Source: a phage. From it: 64,000 bases of DNA. The number at the start of each line of letters is the position of its first letter. The first letter of the stretch is position 1. Positions 32,337 through 41,669 of this stretch are shown here, one piece after another. Position numbers and translations under genes: made by a program. Under the pieces are notes generated by a model that searched no databases, was not told the DNA's origin, and was given only the letters and a program-made list of their open reading frames with translations. The stretch lies in the sequence record PZ386970.1; one strand, 5' to 3'.

Positions 32337-32361
32337 TGCACAAAAGGGAGCCGAAGCTCCC
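32337..32361 (-). terminator. terminator hairpin after gene 52 (GGGAGC-UUCG-GCUCCC + U-tract)
   Basis: perfect 6-bp stem, tetraloop, TTTTG on minus strand. Confidence 0.55.
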
Positions 32362-32437
32362 TAATCATGTTTGTCCAACCAATACAACCAAATCACTAGT
32401 GCAGCTATTGCACCGAGAAATCCTAAGGCTAGGGCAC

Positions 32438-33763
32438 TCAAAGTGCCTCCAAGTCTTTAGTGTACTCTGTCACAACATCAGTAGACTTCCAATACTCATT
32501 TTCTTCTTTCTTAGCTTTAGCTTCTTCTGCTAGTTTACGTGCTTCGTCAGAAGTGATATGGAAGATGTTAAGACCTACCAGCTTATCGACATGTTCTTTA
32601 TACATTTCTATTTGTGCTAGCTCTTCAGTCAAAGCTTTACGAGTCTTGCCTTGAATCACAATTTCGCCACTGATAACTTTTTTGATGAAGTGTGCCTTAG
32701 CAAAAGCCAGTTTAAATGCTTTTTCAGATTCAAGAATTTTGTTGTCGATACGTTTCTGAACGTAAGTCTTACGGACTTCAACAAAATCTTTGATTAAGTC
32801 TACTACATTATCGTAGACCGCTAATTTACCTTTTTCATTAATCACTGTGATGTTTTGTGAACGACGTTCGATGAGACTAAAATCTTTCATGATTTTTTCA
32901 TGACGTAGCTCTTCATCGTCTGGAAGCGAGTACTCTTTACGGAACTTCACCTTAAACCCAAAGCCGTGTTCACCACAATCATCTTCCCATGAGATTAGAC
33001 CTTTGTCTTCCAACGGGTCAAGAACCTTACTCACATACGTTTCACGGTCGAATTTATATGGTATTTCAGTTATCTGCATTTGAGTACGAGATGTGAACTT
33101 ATATGTTCCGTGAATCTCATAACGCCCATCAACTTCATGCACTTCACCACGGAATTCTGGGAATTCAACTTTTGGCTTAGCGACATTTTTACCTTGAAGA
33201 GCTTGTAATACAGCCTTTTTGACAGATTTAAAACTATGAGGCAGAATATTTGTTGCGTAACCGGTTGCAATACCAGAGACACCATTCAAAAGAACTGTCG
33301 GAATAATAGGAAGATAGAATTTTGGTGGAACGTGTTCTTTATCTTCATGAGCTGGAGCATATTCAGTATCTTTATAGACATTATAGAAATTTTTACTTAC
33401 ACGAGCAAAAATATAACGAGATGCTGCAGCTTTTTGGACTGTTCGAGAACCAAAGTTGCCTTGACCATCTAATAGTGGATAGTTGTTATTCCATGTGTTA
33501 GCCATCAATGCACCTGCATCTTGTGCAGAAGATTCACCATGGTGATAACCTAAATCTGCAACACCGCCTGCAATTGACGCAAGTTTATGAAATTTTTCTT
33601 TATTACCACGAGCCAAATCTAATGCACGATGAACCACAAAACGTTGAACCGGCTTAAATCCATCAATCATATTTGGGATTGCACGGTTTTCAACGGTGTA
33701 CATCGCATATGCTAAGGCTTCGTTATCAATAATACTTTTTAGATTACGAGAATTCAATTGCAT
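32438..33763 (-). CDS. 52: DNA topoisomerase II medium subunit (GyrA-like)
   Basis: 441-aa ORF (T4 gp52 442 aa); GyrA-type catalytic domain with active-site Tyr region. Confidence 0.9.
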   Translation of the reverse strand: MQLNSRNLKSIIDNEALAYAMYTVENRAIPNMIDGFKPVQRFVVHRALDLARGNKEKFHKLASIAGGVADLGYHHGESSAQDAGALMANTWNNNYPLLDGQGNFGSRTVQKAAASRYIFARVSKNFYNVYKDTEYAPAHEDKEHVPPKFYLPIIPTVLLNGVSGIATGYATNILPHSFKSVKKAVLQALQGKNVAKPKVEFPEFRGEVHEVDGRYEIHGTYKFTSRTQMQITEIPYKFDRETYVSKVLDPLEDKGLISWEDDCGEHGFGFKVKFRKEYSLPDDEELRHEKIMKDFSLIERRSQNITVINEKGKLAVYDNVVDLIKDFVEVRKTYVQKRIDNKILESEKAFKLAFAKAHFIKKVISGEIVIQGKTRKALTEELAQIEMYKEHVDKLVGLNIFHITSDEARKLAEEAKAKKEENEYWKSTDVVTEYTKDLEAL

Positions 33764-33906
33764 ATTTTCACCATATTAATGAACGAATATCCATTATAAC
33801 ATCTGAAATGAAAAGCACTACTTGGATTAGTCCAAACATCACACCGTAGTACAGAACCGTAAGCAACAACAAGAGCCCGAAGGCTCCTGCTAAGATTTTC
33901 TTAATC

Positions 33907-34053
33907 ATTACTCGCCTTTTAGCACGTTAATAAGAGCTAAGACCGCTAAGGTACCTTGTGATACGGCCTGTTGAAATACTGTTGTTTCGCCTGTAACTAA
34001 AGTGTTAACGAATAAAAACGACCAACACAGCAATGCAATAATCCATGCTACCA
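33907..34053 (-). CDS. small hydrophobic protein (~48 aa), possible membrane protein
   Basis: manually read ORF MVAWIIALLCWSFLFV... with GAGGT RBS; below track length cut-off; coordinates +/-2. Confidence 0.3.
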
Positions 34054-34075
34054 TTTTAATTACCTCAAAAATAAA

Positions 34076-34098
34076 TTAAAGGCCCTATTAAGTTGGGC
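34076..34098 (-). terminator. hairpin + U-rich tract downstream of ndd
   Basis: GGCCC-9 nt loop-GGGCC followed by T-rich run on minus strand. Confidence 0.4.
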
Positions 34099-34107
34099 CT
34101 GTATAAA

Positions 34108-34554
34108 TTAGTAACTCTGCAGAATGAATTTGAAATTATCAGCCAGAAGACGGTTCATTTCAGTGAGTGTTTGATATTCTGATGTATGGTTGCGAGTGAA
34201 TGCCAGAGCCAATTGACCTTTACCATAACCAGTGGTCAGTGGTTTCATGTTCTTAGCTGCAACAAAGATTACATCATATTCAATATTGTTAGTGCCCATG
34301 GTACGGGCTAGTTGCGAACGGCCTTGACGAATGTGAGAAAGAATTGCATCCAACCCTTGTTTAGAACGTTGACGTCCTACAAAGAATCGTGCTGCTACTT
34401 GTCGCCAATCAGATGAACCTTTAACGAAGAAGTAAAAACCTTCACGAGAACGAAACTCTTTAGAAACTTCAGAACCGTATTCGCCATTACGAACTACTGC
34501 AACAACTTCACCGCCAACTGCCAGAAGGTCTTTACGAGTTAAATATTTGGACAT
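34108..34554 (-). CDS. ndd: Ndd nucleoid disruption protein
   Basis: 148-aa ORF; central/C-terminal blocks ARFFVG.QRSKQG..A.LSHIRQ.RSQLART and [36 protein letters not shown] match T4 Ndd. Confidence 0.85.
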   Translation of the reverse strand: MSKYLTRKDLLAVGGEVVAVVRNGEYGSEVSKEFRSREGFYFFVKGSSDWRQVAARFFVGRQRSKQGLDAILSHIRQGRSQLARTMGTNNIEYDVIFVAAKNMKPLTTGYGKGQLALAFTRNHTSEYQTLTEMNRLLADNFKFILQSY

Positions 34555-34630
34555 GCTAATTTCCTCAATTGATTAATGTTTTTGTAATCCATGAGAGCAT
34601 TATACTCTGCTCTCAAGAGTTTGTACAATT

Positions 34631-34831
34631 TTATTCGGCTATATCAGAACGTTCAAAAAGCTCTTCAACAGTTAAACATTCAGTGTCATCTTCAATAAAG
34701 AATCGAGTCCAACACGTTGGGGCGATACAGTTATGAGTTTGTCCGGCGATAGAAGCTACACGAATAAGCTGCTGACCATTATTCAGAACAAATTTTTCAC
34801 CAATTTCAACATCTTTAAAAAGCTTAGCCAT
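34631..34831 (-). CDS. hypothetical protein
   Basis: 66-aa ORF from track with upstream early promoter. Confidence 0.45.
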   Translation of the reverse strand: MAKLFKDVEIGEKFVLNNGQQLIRVASIAGQTHNCIAPTCWTRFFIEDDTECLTVEELFERSDIAE

Positions 34832-35081
34832 TTTGTATTCCTCGTGTTTTGATAGGTCTACTATACCATAATCCTACCGTGATGTAAACAATTAAATTAC
34901 ATTAAAATACGTTAAAGCCAACCATGTTCCAGTGAACGAACATGCGATGTAAAAACCCGTATCACAAATTGTTCTTAGTACAATAAGAAGTGCATTTTTC
35001 ATAAGTACCTCAATGCAATTGAAAATATTATACAAATCATAGGGATACTAAGCAACCATATTCCGATCCACATTTTAGAAC

Positions 35082-35345
35082 TCATATCTCAACTTCCGCG
35101 AGTTCCATATATCCTTTGTTGATAACCTCTTTAAGGTCTTTAGAAAGAATAACATTAAAATGGTCGTTCATATGCCCGTTAACCAGACGAGTTATTTCGG
35201 CTTCAGATGACATATAAGGCACGTCTGAGTCCCAATGAGATAGACCTAAATGAGTATAAATCATCCCTTCGTCATCTGCGGTGTTGTACATTGAAACAAA
35301 CTCACCAGTCACTTTATGTTTTGCGTAGAAAAATTTAAATTTCAT
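35082..35345 (-). CDS. hypothetical protein
   Basis: 87-aa ORF from track. Confidence 0.45.
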   Translation of the reverse strand: MKFKFFYAKHKVTGEFVSMYNTADDEGMIYTHLGLSHWDSDVPYMSSEAEITRLVNGHMNDHFNVILSKDLKEVINKGYMELAEVEI

Positions 35346-35413
35346 GGTGTTATCCTCTTTTAGATAGGACTACTATATCATAGACCTACTTAGGTGTAAA
35401 CACTTTTATGAAA

Positions 35414-35971
35414 TTAAAGATGAAGATACCACCCGTTGTAGTTGCTCTTGCGGACGATTTTCTTTAGGTCTTCATGGTCTCCCACAAACTTTATAGAATA
35501 AGAGAAGACGTCAGGTGAGGTTTCTTTGACATCTAATATAATAATGCAATCTGCGACTCGATGGTTCAAGAAGGGCCCTATATTGATTCCATTACCACCC
35601 GGATAATCACCACTGTATCCTGTGGTAACCGAAATCCATTTAGAATCTATCTGGTGTGTCTTGACTTCGACACGCAGCCCGCAGTATTTAGGATGAGCTA
35701 ACACGTCCCATGCATACGTGTACGGGTCTTCTACGTCTTCAATACCTTTATTAACATATCCGTCTAGCCAATTTGCTACTACATACTCGGCAAAGACTGC
35801 AACCTTACAACGTCGAACTACGTCTTCTTTTATTTGACCTGGATCTTGTTTCAACGAGTACCGAGCGGTATCAGCGATCTTCACCTTCATTTCGCTAGTC
35901 AAAAACTCATTCGACAGGATAAATGTCGGAAGATTCTTCAGTCTCAACAGCCCCAAGTTCGTCTTTACCAT
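35414..35971 (-). CDS. denB: putative endonuclease IV (DenB) at the T4 denB position
   Basis: track ORF 35414..36034 trimmed to internal ATG with GAGGT RBS gives 185 aa, the length of T4 DenB; assignment by position and size only. Confidence 0.45.
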   Translation of the reverse strand: MVKTNLGLLRLKNLPTFILSNEFLTSEMKVKIADTARYSLKQDPGQIKEDVVRRCKVAVFAEYVVANWLDGYVNKGIEDVEDPYTYAWDVLAHPKYCGLRVEVKTHQIDSKWISVTTGYSGDYPGGNGINIGPFLNHRVADCIIILDVKETSPDVFSYSIKFVGDHEDLKKIVRKSNYNGWYLHL

Positions 35972-36194
35972 AGATACCTCTGATGTGTAGTTCGCCAAAA
36001 TAAATGCGGTCACCTTCTTCAAGATATTCTGCATCTACAGGCGGAATTTCAATAACAACTTCGTCGCATTCTAACCAGCCGTAGTGTGCGTCGCCAGGAT
36101 GTTTTACCAATTTAGCGCAATAAACTGATTTACACTTATGATGACCACGAAGATTAGCAATTTTGGATTCTGATACGTCAAATGGATGAATCAT
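35907..36194 (-). CDS. hypothetical Cys/His-containing protein
   Basis: track ORF 35907..36248 trimmed to internal ATG downstream of rIIB terminator. Confidence 0.4.
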   Translation of the reverse strand: MIHPFDVSESKIANLRGHHKCKSVYCAKLVKHPGDAHYGWLECDEVVIEIPPVDAEYLEEGDRIYFGELHIRGIYGKDELGAVETEESSDIYPVE

Positions 36195-36206
36195 AATTAC
36201 CCCTAA

Positions 36207-36232
36207 AGAAAAAAAAGGGGACCGAAGTCCCC
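36207..36232 (-). terminator. terminator hairpin after rIIB (GGGGAC-UUCG-GUCCCC + U8)
   Basis: perfect hairpin followed by 8 T on minus strand. Confidence 0.6.
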
Positions 36233-36237
36233 AATTA

Positions 36238-37185
36238 TTATTCTGCAAATAATTCAGTAACGTCTGAAATTACTTCATAACGACAAGTACGCATCTTAGC
36301 ATCACCATAGTCAACTGGGATGGATACAACATCACGCGGATGAACTTTAACCTTAACAACTTTATCTGAGCTAGAACCAAAGTAACGAATATATGATTTA
36401 GCGCAAACATGTAGACCACGGGAGCAGGTTTGAGTATCATCATCGTTAACACGAGTACGAGGCATTGAAACAACTTTACCTGGTGAGTTATCAAATGTAC
36501 CACTATAACAGTCTAAATAGTCCTTACGAACTACTTTCCATGCATAGAAATGTCCATCTTCAGTGATTTCAATGTCATTTGCAACCAAGAAGTCGAATAA
36601 ACGTTGTACAGCTTTTTCGCTTGGGTTTTCTAACAGGTTTTCAAGGAACGGCAGATAGAATTTAAAGTCTTCACCTTTTTCCATGGAATCAATAATACGA
36701 TTAACCAGTCCTGAACGAATTTCTATACCTTGATAAAATAAACTACCACCTTCAATAGTAACATTACCGTCAACAAACTTACTAATAGCTTTCTTGATGT
36801 TAATAAGTTCGACAGCTTTACTAAGGTTTCCTGCGACCAGATTAGCTTTAATTTCTTCAAAATTTGCATGACTTGATGGGGTCGCATTGTATGCTACGCG
36901 TCCTTCAATAATTGAAATAAATTTAGATGACGCGTTCCATACGATTTCAGGACGATGTCCGCCGATAATAGGTTCATCATTTTCTGGAACTTCTTCGATT
37001 ACATAAGAGGCATCGTTTGCTTCAGGGACAACGCCTTCTGCTTTAAAATTCTTAACAATCTTACGAAGAGTATCTGTTGAAATGTCGAAGTAATCGGCAA
37101 TTTCTTTACGAGTCCATTTGCCTGATTCAACCAGGCCGTAAGCTTCTAACTGTTCTTCTTGGGACAAGCATTTGATATTGTACAT
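36238..37185 (-). CDS. rIIB: RIIB rapid-lysis/membrane-integrity protector
   Basis: 315-aa ORF; N-terminus MYNIKCL and long blocks (GGSLFYQ.IE.RSGLV.RI.DSMEKGE.F.FY.PFLENLLENPS.KAV.RLFDFLVANDIEITEDG) match T4 RIIB. Confidence 0.9.
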   Translation of the reverse strand: MYNIKCLSQEEQLEAYGLVESGKWTRKEIADYFDISTDTLRKIVKNFKAEGVVPEANDASYVIEEVPENDEPIIGGHRPEIVWNASSKFISIIEGRVAYNATPSSHANFEEIKANLVAGNLSKAVELINIKKAISKFVDGNVTIEGGSLFYQGIEIRSGLVNRIIDSMEKGEDFKFYLPFLENLLENPSEKAVQRLFDFLVANDIEITEDGHFYAWKVVRKDYLDCYSGTFDNSPGKVVSMPRTRVNDDDTQTCSRGLHVCAKSYIRYFGSSSDKVVKVKVHPRDVVSIPVDYGDAKMRTCRYEVISDVTELFAE

Positions 37186-37194
37186 AATGTTTCC

Positions 37195-39408
37195 TTATTT
37201 GGCTGCTTCCACAGCCTTCATGAATTTAACGATTTGAGCGACCTGTTCTTTGGAAAGAGTACCACGTCGTCCCATGTATTCTGACACAATATGATAATTG
37301 GTTTCGAATTCAATAACCATTTTATCATCATTATCGTAAGCATTATCTTTAAGCTTATCGAAAATTTTAGCACACAATTCTAACTTCCTGTTCAGGTCTG
37401 TATTAGTAGCACCTGCGAATCGATTCCATCCCCAACGATTATTTACTGTTGAGAGTTTTGCAAAGTCTTTACTGATTTCTTTGTTCTTAGAGCTAAAATA
37501 CTTACTAAGGAAATTAAGCTCTTCATTACGAGTAATATGATTCAAATAAGGCTGTGCTCTACGACTTGGTGATACATACTCATCATAATCTACTTTATCG
37601 ATTAGCATAATATAGTCATTAATTGATTTTTCAAACAAACATTCTACTTCACCGAGTTTACGAACTTTCTTAGCAATCTGTGGGCGGACTACAGTGAACT
37701 CTTTAATACCTGACAAATCGGCAATACGGGTCAAGAAATTAGAGTCATAGTTCAACCAACCTTTATCTGCGTCAAGACATTCAGCATTAGAACGATTACG
37801 AACTATAGCATAACCTTGGATTTCATCAGCTTCACTCGCTGGAATAAAGAGATCTTCTGATACCCAAACATCGTTTTCATTCTTAAAGAACCGATGAGCA
37901 CTTGGGGATTTAGGACGAGGCTCATTAGTCCGTTTCCTGACTTCAATCCATGGCTTAACGATTTGTAAAAGCTCTGAAGTCTTGTACATGTTAATGTTGT
38001 CGCCATCAAAGATAACTTTAAGGCGTTCCAGAAGTTTCATTGCATCTTCGTCTGTAGGGTCAACGAATAGTACGCTTTTACCAAAACCACGTGGAACTTT
38101 ACCTGATAATTTAACCTCGTCTTTAGACATTTCAATTGAATTAAGAGCTCGCATTAATGGAACGCGTCCCTTAACGTCGTCAATAACAATTTCAACGTTT
38201 TTAATGTTAATGCCGATCAGGCTGTTAATTGAAATGGTTGATGATGAGCTACCACTTTCACGAATACGACGAAGACGAGGAGATTCAACGATATCGTATA
38301 CGACGCCAAGATTACACCACTCAGGCCCCATTTTAAAACGTTTGTACAACTCAGAATAAGTTAGTTGTTCTTTAGAGTATTTCAGTGATTCAATATTAGA
38401 CCCAGCCTTTTCCATGTATTTACGAGCGGTATAGCCAAGAGAATCAATTTCGCGGAACACATGACGTGGGTATTTACAATCAATCCATTTCTTAGAATCT
38501 TCAGCGAACAATTTAGCATCGATTTCTGCAACGCGTTTATGGATATTTGCTACTGTACGTTTATCAAATGACAATGCTTCACGAGACGGGGCTACATCTA
38601 GTTCACCCATAGGGAATTTAATATAAGCTGTAGTGCATCGCGTCATCATCCATGTTTGTTCTTTAATAACACTTCCGATTGGATATACAATGCCGCCATA
38701 AACAGCCATGATATTACCACGTTCACCCCATGGAGCTTCCTTGGCTAAATAAACATCATCGAATTCCGGGAAGTATTTGATATCTTTAACACCACGAACT
38801 TCTGCAATATCGCCGAGAGGACGCATAACATAAGCAATTTCGGATGCAAACTTTTCAAAATCTTCCGGGTTAACCGGTACAACTACTTCTACACCCGTAC
38901 GGTCATCAGGACCCATCTTATCTACAAAGGTCGGCTTAATCTGTGGACCACTGTCATCTTGATAAATTACATAACCACGAACTTCACCATTATGATAAGA
39001 CGTAAGGTTAAACGTATCAGTATATGCTAATGGAGCTTTAGAGCCGAGTCCGAATCCACCAATGAAATCGTTACTCGATGTTTTAGTTGAAGCAAAATAT
39101 GAGTTATAAATTCCTGGCTCTTCGTCATTACCACGAATAGTGAAATCACTCATACCCGGACCAAAGTCTCGAACTACAAAACGTGGGTCTAAACGACCTG
39201 GAGCCTGAACAATAAACTTATCAGTGCAACCATTAAGAATTTGCCCATCAATACAGTTTGTGATTAATTCACGTACACAAGCCAATTCTTTGTTTGTATA
39301 AAGGTCATTAGACAAAATCTTATAAACTTTGCTATTGCCTTGAATAGTGAATGCTGTGCTCTTACCGCCTGAACCAATAATCGTTTCTTTAGCCGTTTCG
39401 ATAATCAT
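37195..39408 (-). CDS. rIIA: RIIA rapid-lysis protein
   Basis: 737-aa ORF directly upstream of rIIB on same strand; N-terminal GHKL-like ATPase region similar to T4 RIIA. Confidence 0.9.
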   Translation of the reverse strand: MIIETAKETIIGSGGKSTAFTIQGNSKVYKILSNDLYTNKELACVRELITNCIDGQILNGCTDKFIVQAPGRLDPRFVVRDFGPGMSDFTIRGNDEEPGIYNSYFASTKTSSNDFIGGFGLGSKAPLAYTDTFNLTSYHNGEVRGYVIYQDDSGPQIKPTFVDKMGPDDRTGVEVVVPVNPEDFEKFASEIAYVMRPLGDIAEVRGVKDIKYFPEFDDVYLAKEAPWGERGNIMAVYGGIVYPIGSVIKEQTWMMTRCTTAYIKFPMGELDVAPSREALSFDKRTVANIHKRVAEIDAKLFAEDSKKWIDCKYPRHVFREIDSLGYTARKYMEKAGSNIESLKYSKEQLTYSELYKRFKMGPEWCNLGVVYDIVESPRLRRIRESGSSSSTISINSLIGINIKNVEIVIDDVKGRVPLMRALNSIEMSKDEVKLSGKVPRGFGKSVLFVDPTDEDAMKLLERLKVIFDGDNINMYKTSELLQIVKPWIEVRKRTNEPRPKSPSAHRFFKNENDVWVSEDLFIPASEADEIQGYAIVRNRSNAECLDADKGWLNYDSNFLTRIADLSGIKEFTVVRPQIAKKVRKLGEVECLFEKSINDYIMLIDKVDYDEYVSPSRRAQPYLNHITRNEELNFLSKYFSSKNKEISKDFAKLSTVNNRWGWNRFAGATNTDLNRKLELCAKIFDKLKDNAYDNDDKMVIEFETNYHIVSEYMGRRGTLSKEQVAQIVKFMKAVEAAK

Positions 39409-39420
39409 GTTTTTCTCTCA

Positions 39421-39621
39421 TCACAAGTTACGTTTAAAAATTTCTGCTACTTCAAGAAGTTCTTCTTTAGTAGCTGTGTCGGTTTGTATTTTATATCGAA
39501 TTTCCTTAAAGCGTTCTTTAAAGGCTTCAGCTGATTCGATATCAAAAAATCTTTGGATAAGCCGGAATTCCCGGAGCACTGCTTTATCAAAAAGTTCCAA
39601 GTCCACGTTATATGTTCTCAT
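39421..39621 (-). CDS. hypothetical protein (rIIA.1-position)
   Basis: 66-aa ORF from track. Confidence 0.5.
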   Translation of the reverse strand: MRTYNVDLELFDKAVLREFRLIQRFFDIESAEAFKERFKEIRYKIQTDTATKEELLEVAEIFKRNL

Positions 39622-39713
39622 AATATTCTCTTCAGTAGATTCCTAGGGCACTATTACTAAAGACCATATAATCTATCATCTTATGTGTAATAGTGCCTCA
39701 GGCGATTCAGGAT

Positions 39714-40814
39714 TTACGCTGTGAAGATTTTATCCCACATCGCAACAACTGCATCTCGATTATACTTCTTCCATACTGCTTCAGCACGTTTAACTCGAGC
39801 TTCGTATGTGTCAGTGAATTCTAATACAGCTTTTGTGTAAAGCGCAACTACTTCTTTCTTAGGAGTAGAAGAATCAATTTCTACACGCACAGTATCTGGG
39901 TCATATTCGAATGTCGCATGAGGATAATCCTTAAAAACTAACTGGATTACAGGGACACCTTTAGAGATGGCTTCAATAGAACTATTCTCTACCGTACCTG
40001 TGTCAGGACACGTATTAATAAGTGCTTTAGCTGTTTTAAGACGTTCCATAATTTCACTGTGTGGAGCATCAATAATAACAGGATATTTAGCTGGTGGTGC
40101 CCATTTACTAGGACAGTATCCTGCACCATTTTCGCCTAGTGCTTTAATCGCTTCAAGAGCAACATCAGTACGACGCATTTTAGTGTCATAACGTTGTGCA
40201 CTAATAATCAGATCAGTCGCCGGAAGAACTTCAGGTTTCTCATTCAAACAAATAACCGGATAATCTTCGGCTTCAAACAACGGATTTGCTCGCCAATAAT
40301 CATAATCAATTTTGTCAGTCAGTCCCGAAGTCATATAACAATATTTACGTTCAAATTCACGGAAGGCTTTAGTAGGAGCATAACTCTTACCACCATTCTT
40401 ATGAATTTGAATAGTCTGGTCCCAAATTTGAACAATGCCACGAGATACCGGCTCAAATGGTGTTGCCATAAAATTCTTATGAACTTTAGAGAGACCTGCG
40501 TCTTTAATTGCCTGAACGGTTAGTTTGGTCGGTTCCATTGTAACAACGAAATCGTACTCATTAATGCCGGCTAGTTCAACAATCTTACGAGCCATAGTAT
40601 AACTCATACCTAGACTGAATTTAGTCAGATGACCAACAGGATGATGATTAACCTTCCAATCACCAAATGTGTCATTATCAAAGCCGATATAATCAATATC
40701 AGCACCGATGGACACAAGATATTTCAACACATTTAAATGTACTGCTTCAAGACCACCTTGTACACGTTCTGGGTTAAATGGGACTGCGCGAGATGGGATA
40801 AACATAACTTTCAT
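39714..40814 (-). CDS. putative GT-B-fold glycosyltransferase (candidate DNA hydroxymethylcytosine sugar transferase)
   Basis: 366-aa ORF; N-terminus MKVMFIPSRAVPFNPERVQGGLEAV...IGADIDYIG and C-terminal block TGTVENSSIEAISKGVPVI resemble GT-B donor-binding motifs; not similar to T4 alpha- or beta-gt as recalled; sits where T4 carries gene 60. Confidence 0.5.
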   Translation of the reverse strand: MKVMFIPSRAVPFNPERVQGGLEAVHLNVLKYLVSIGADIDYIGFDNDTFGDWKVNHHPVGHLTKFSLGMSYTMARKIVELAGINEYDFVVTMEPTKLTVQAIKDAGLSKVHKNFMATPFEPVSRGIVQIWDQTIQIHKNGGKSYAPTKAFREFERKYCYMTSGLTDKIDYDYWRANPLFEAEDYPVICLNEKPEVLPATDLIISAQRYDTKMRRTDVALEAIKALGENGAGYCPSKWAPPAKYPVIIDAPHSEIMERLKTAKALINTCPDTGTVENSSIEAISKGVPVIQLVFKDYPHATFEYDPDTVRVEIDSSTPKKEVVALYTKAVLEFTDTYEARVKRAEAVWKKYNRDAVVAMWDKIFTA

Positions 40815-40837
40815 AATTAAGCCTTATTAAAATTAAA

Positions 40838-40858
40838 ATGAAGCTCCCGAAGGAGCTT
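40838..40858 (-). terminator. hairpin (AAGCUCC-UUCG-GGAGCUU) downstream of HNH endonuclease gene
   Basis: perfect stem with tetraloop followed by AT-rich tract. Confidence 0.45.
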
Positions 40859-41669
40859 AGGACATCCAACACATTTTATAACCTTTGCAGGTTCTGTTAG
40901 GATTATTTAATGCTTTCAATATATTAGAAGACCCTATACCTAAATACTCCCTTAATTCATAAAGATAGTTAAAATCAATAGTTTCACCTGTTTTTACACT
41001 TGTGATTCTTATAGGCCTTCTTTCATATTTAGATTTATACAACTCTCTAGTCTTAGCTTTAGTTTCTTCTGACCTAGGAGTGTATGGTTTAAATCCTTTT
41101 GTTTTAAATGTTTCCATTCTTGATTTAGTTATTTTATCCTGGTGTTCTTTTGTTTTTACAGGTGCTTTTCGCCCATTCTCCCAAGATAACTTGTTGGCCT
41201 GTATTATTTTATCTATTGCTTCTTGCGTATGAGTTTTACCATAAAATGGATTTAATTCGCCTATACGTTGTGAAGCAATATGTGACATTAATTCTCTTGT
41301 TGCTTTAGTATGTTTTTTACCTTTAAATGGGTTGCCATTTTTAGCAATCCATTCTTTCATAAATCTAGAGTGCTCTTTAGAGAATTCTTGTTTAAGCCAA
41401 TCATAATCTCTAGAATTTCTAGCTCCCATGTAAAAAGCTCTAATAGCCATAAGCGTAGAACGGTTCTTATGAATTTTATAAAGCAATAAATGGGCGATAA
41501 AATGCTCTCTAGGGGTCATTTTAACTAGATTTGATTTAGCATTACTCCCGCCCATAGATTTAGGCAAAATATGGTGAGTTTCAGTATAATTAGGAATAGT
41601 GCTGCGGTTTTTAGCCGCAGCGATAAGTTTATCATAAATTTTACGATAATTCATTATCCTAGCATCCAA
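40857..41669 (-). CDS. HNH-family homing endonuclease with NUMOD3 repeats (MobA-like position)
   Basis: 270-aa ORF; HNH motif ETHHILPKSMGGSNAKSNLVKMTPREHFIAH; repeated NUMOD3-like units NPFKGKKHTKATRELM / NPFYGKTHTQEAIDKI; probable start at internal ATG overlapping gene 39 stop. Confidence 0.8.
   Translation of the reverse strand: MDARIMNYRKIYDKLIAAAKNRSTIPNYTETHHILPKSMGGSNAKSNLVKMTPREHFIAHLLLYKIHKNRSTLMAIRAFYMGARNSRDYDWLKQEFSKEHSRFMKEWIAKNGNPFKGKKHTKATRELMSHIASQRIGELNPFYGKTHTQEAIDKIIQANKLSWENGRKAPVKTKEHQDKITKSRMETFKTKGFKPYTPRSEETKAKTRELYKSKYERRPIRITSVKTGETIDFNYLYELREYLGIGSSNILKALNNPNRTCKGYKMCWMS

Noticed and set aside
33768-33907. Hydrophobic reading frame (KILAGAFGLLLLLTVLYYGVMFGLIQVV...) upstream of gene 52 lacking an in-frame ATG
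   Set aside because: Could be a frameshifted small membrane gene or slippage at an A-run, but my base-by-base reading is not reliable at single-nucleotide resolution, so not reported as a pseudogene
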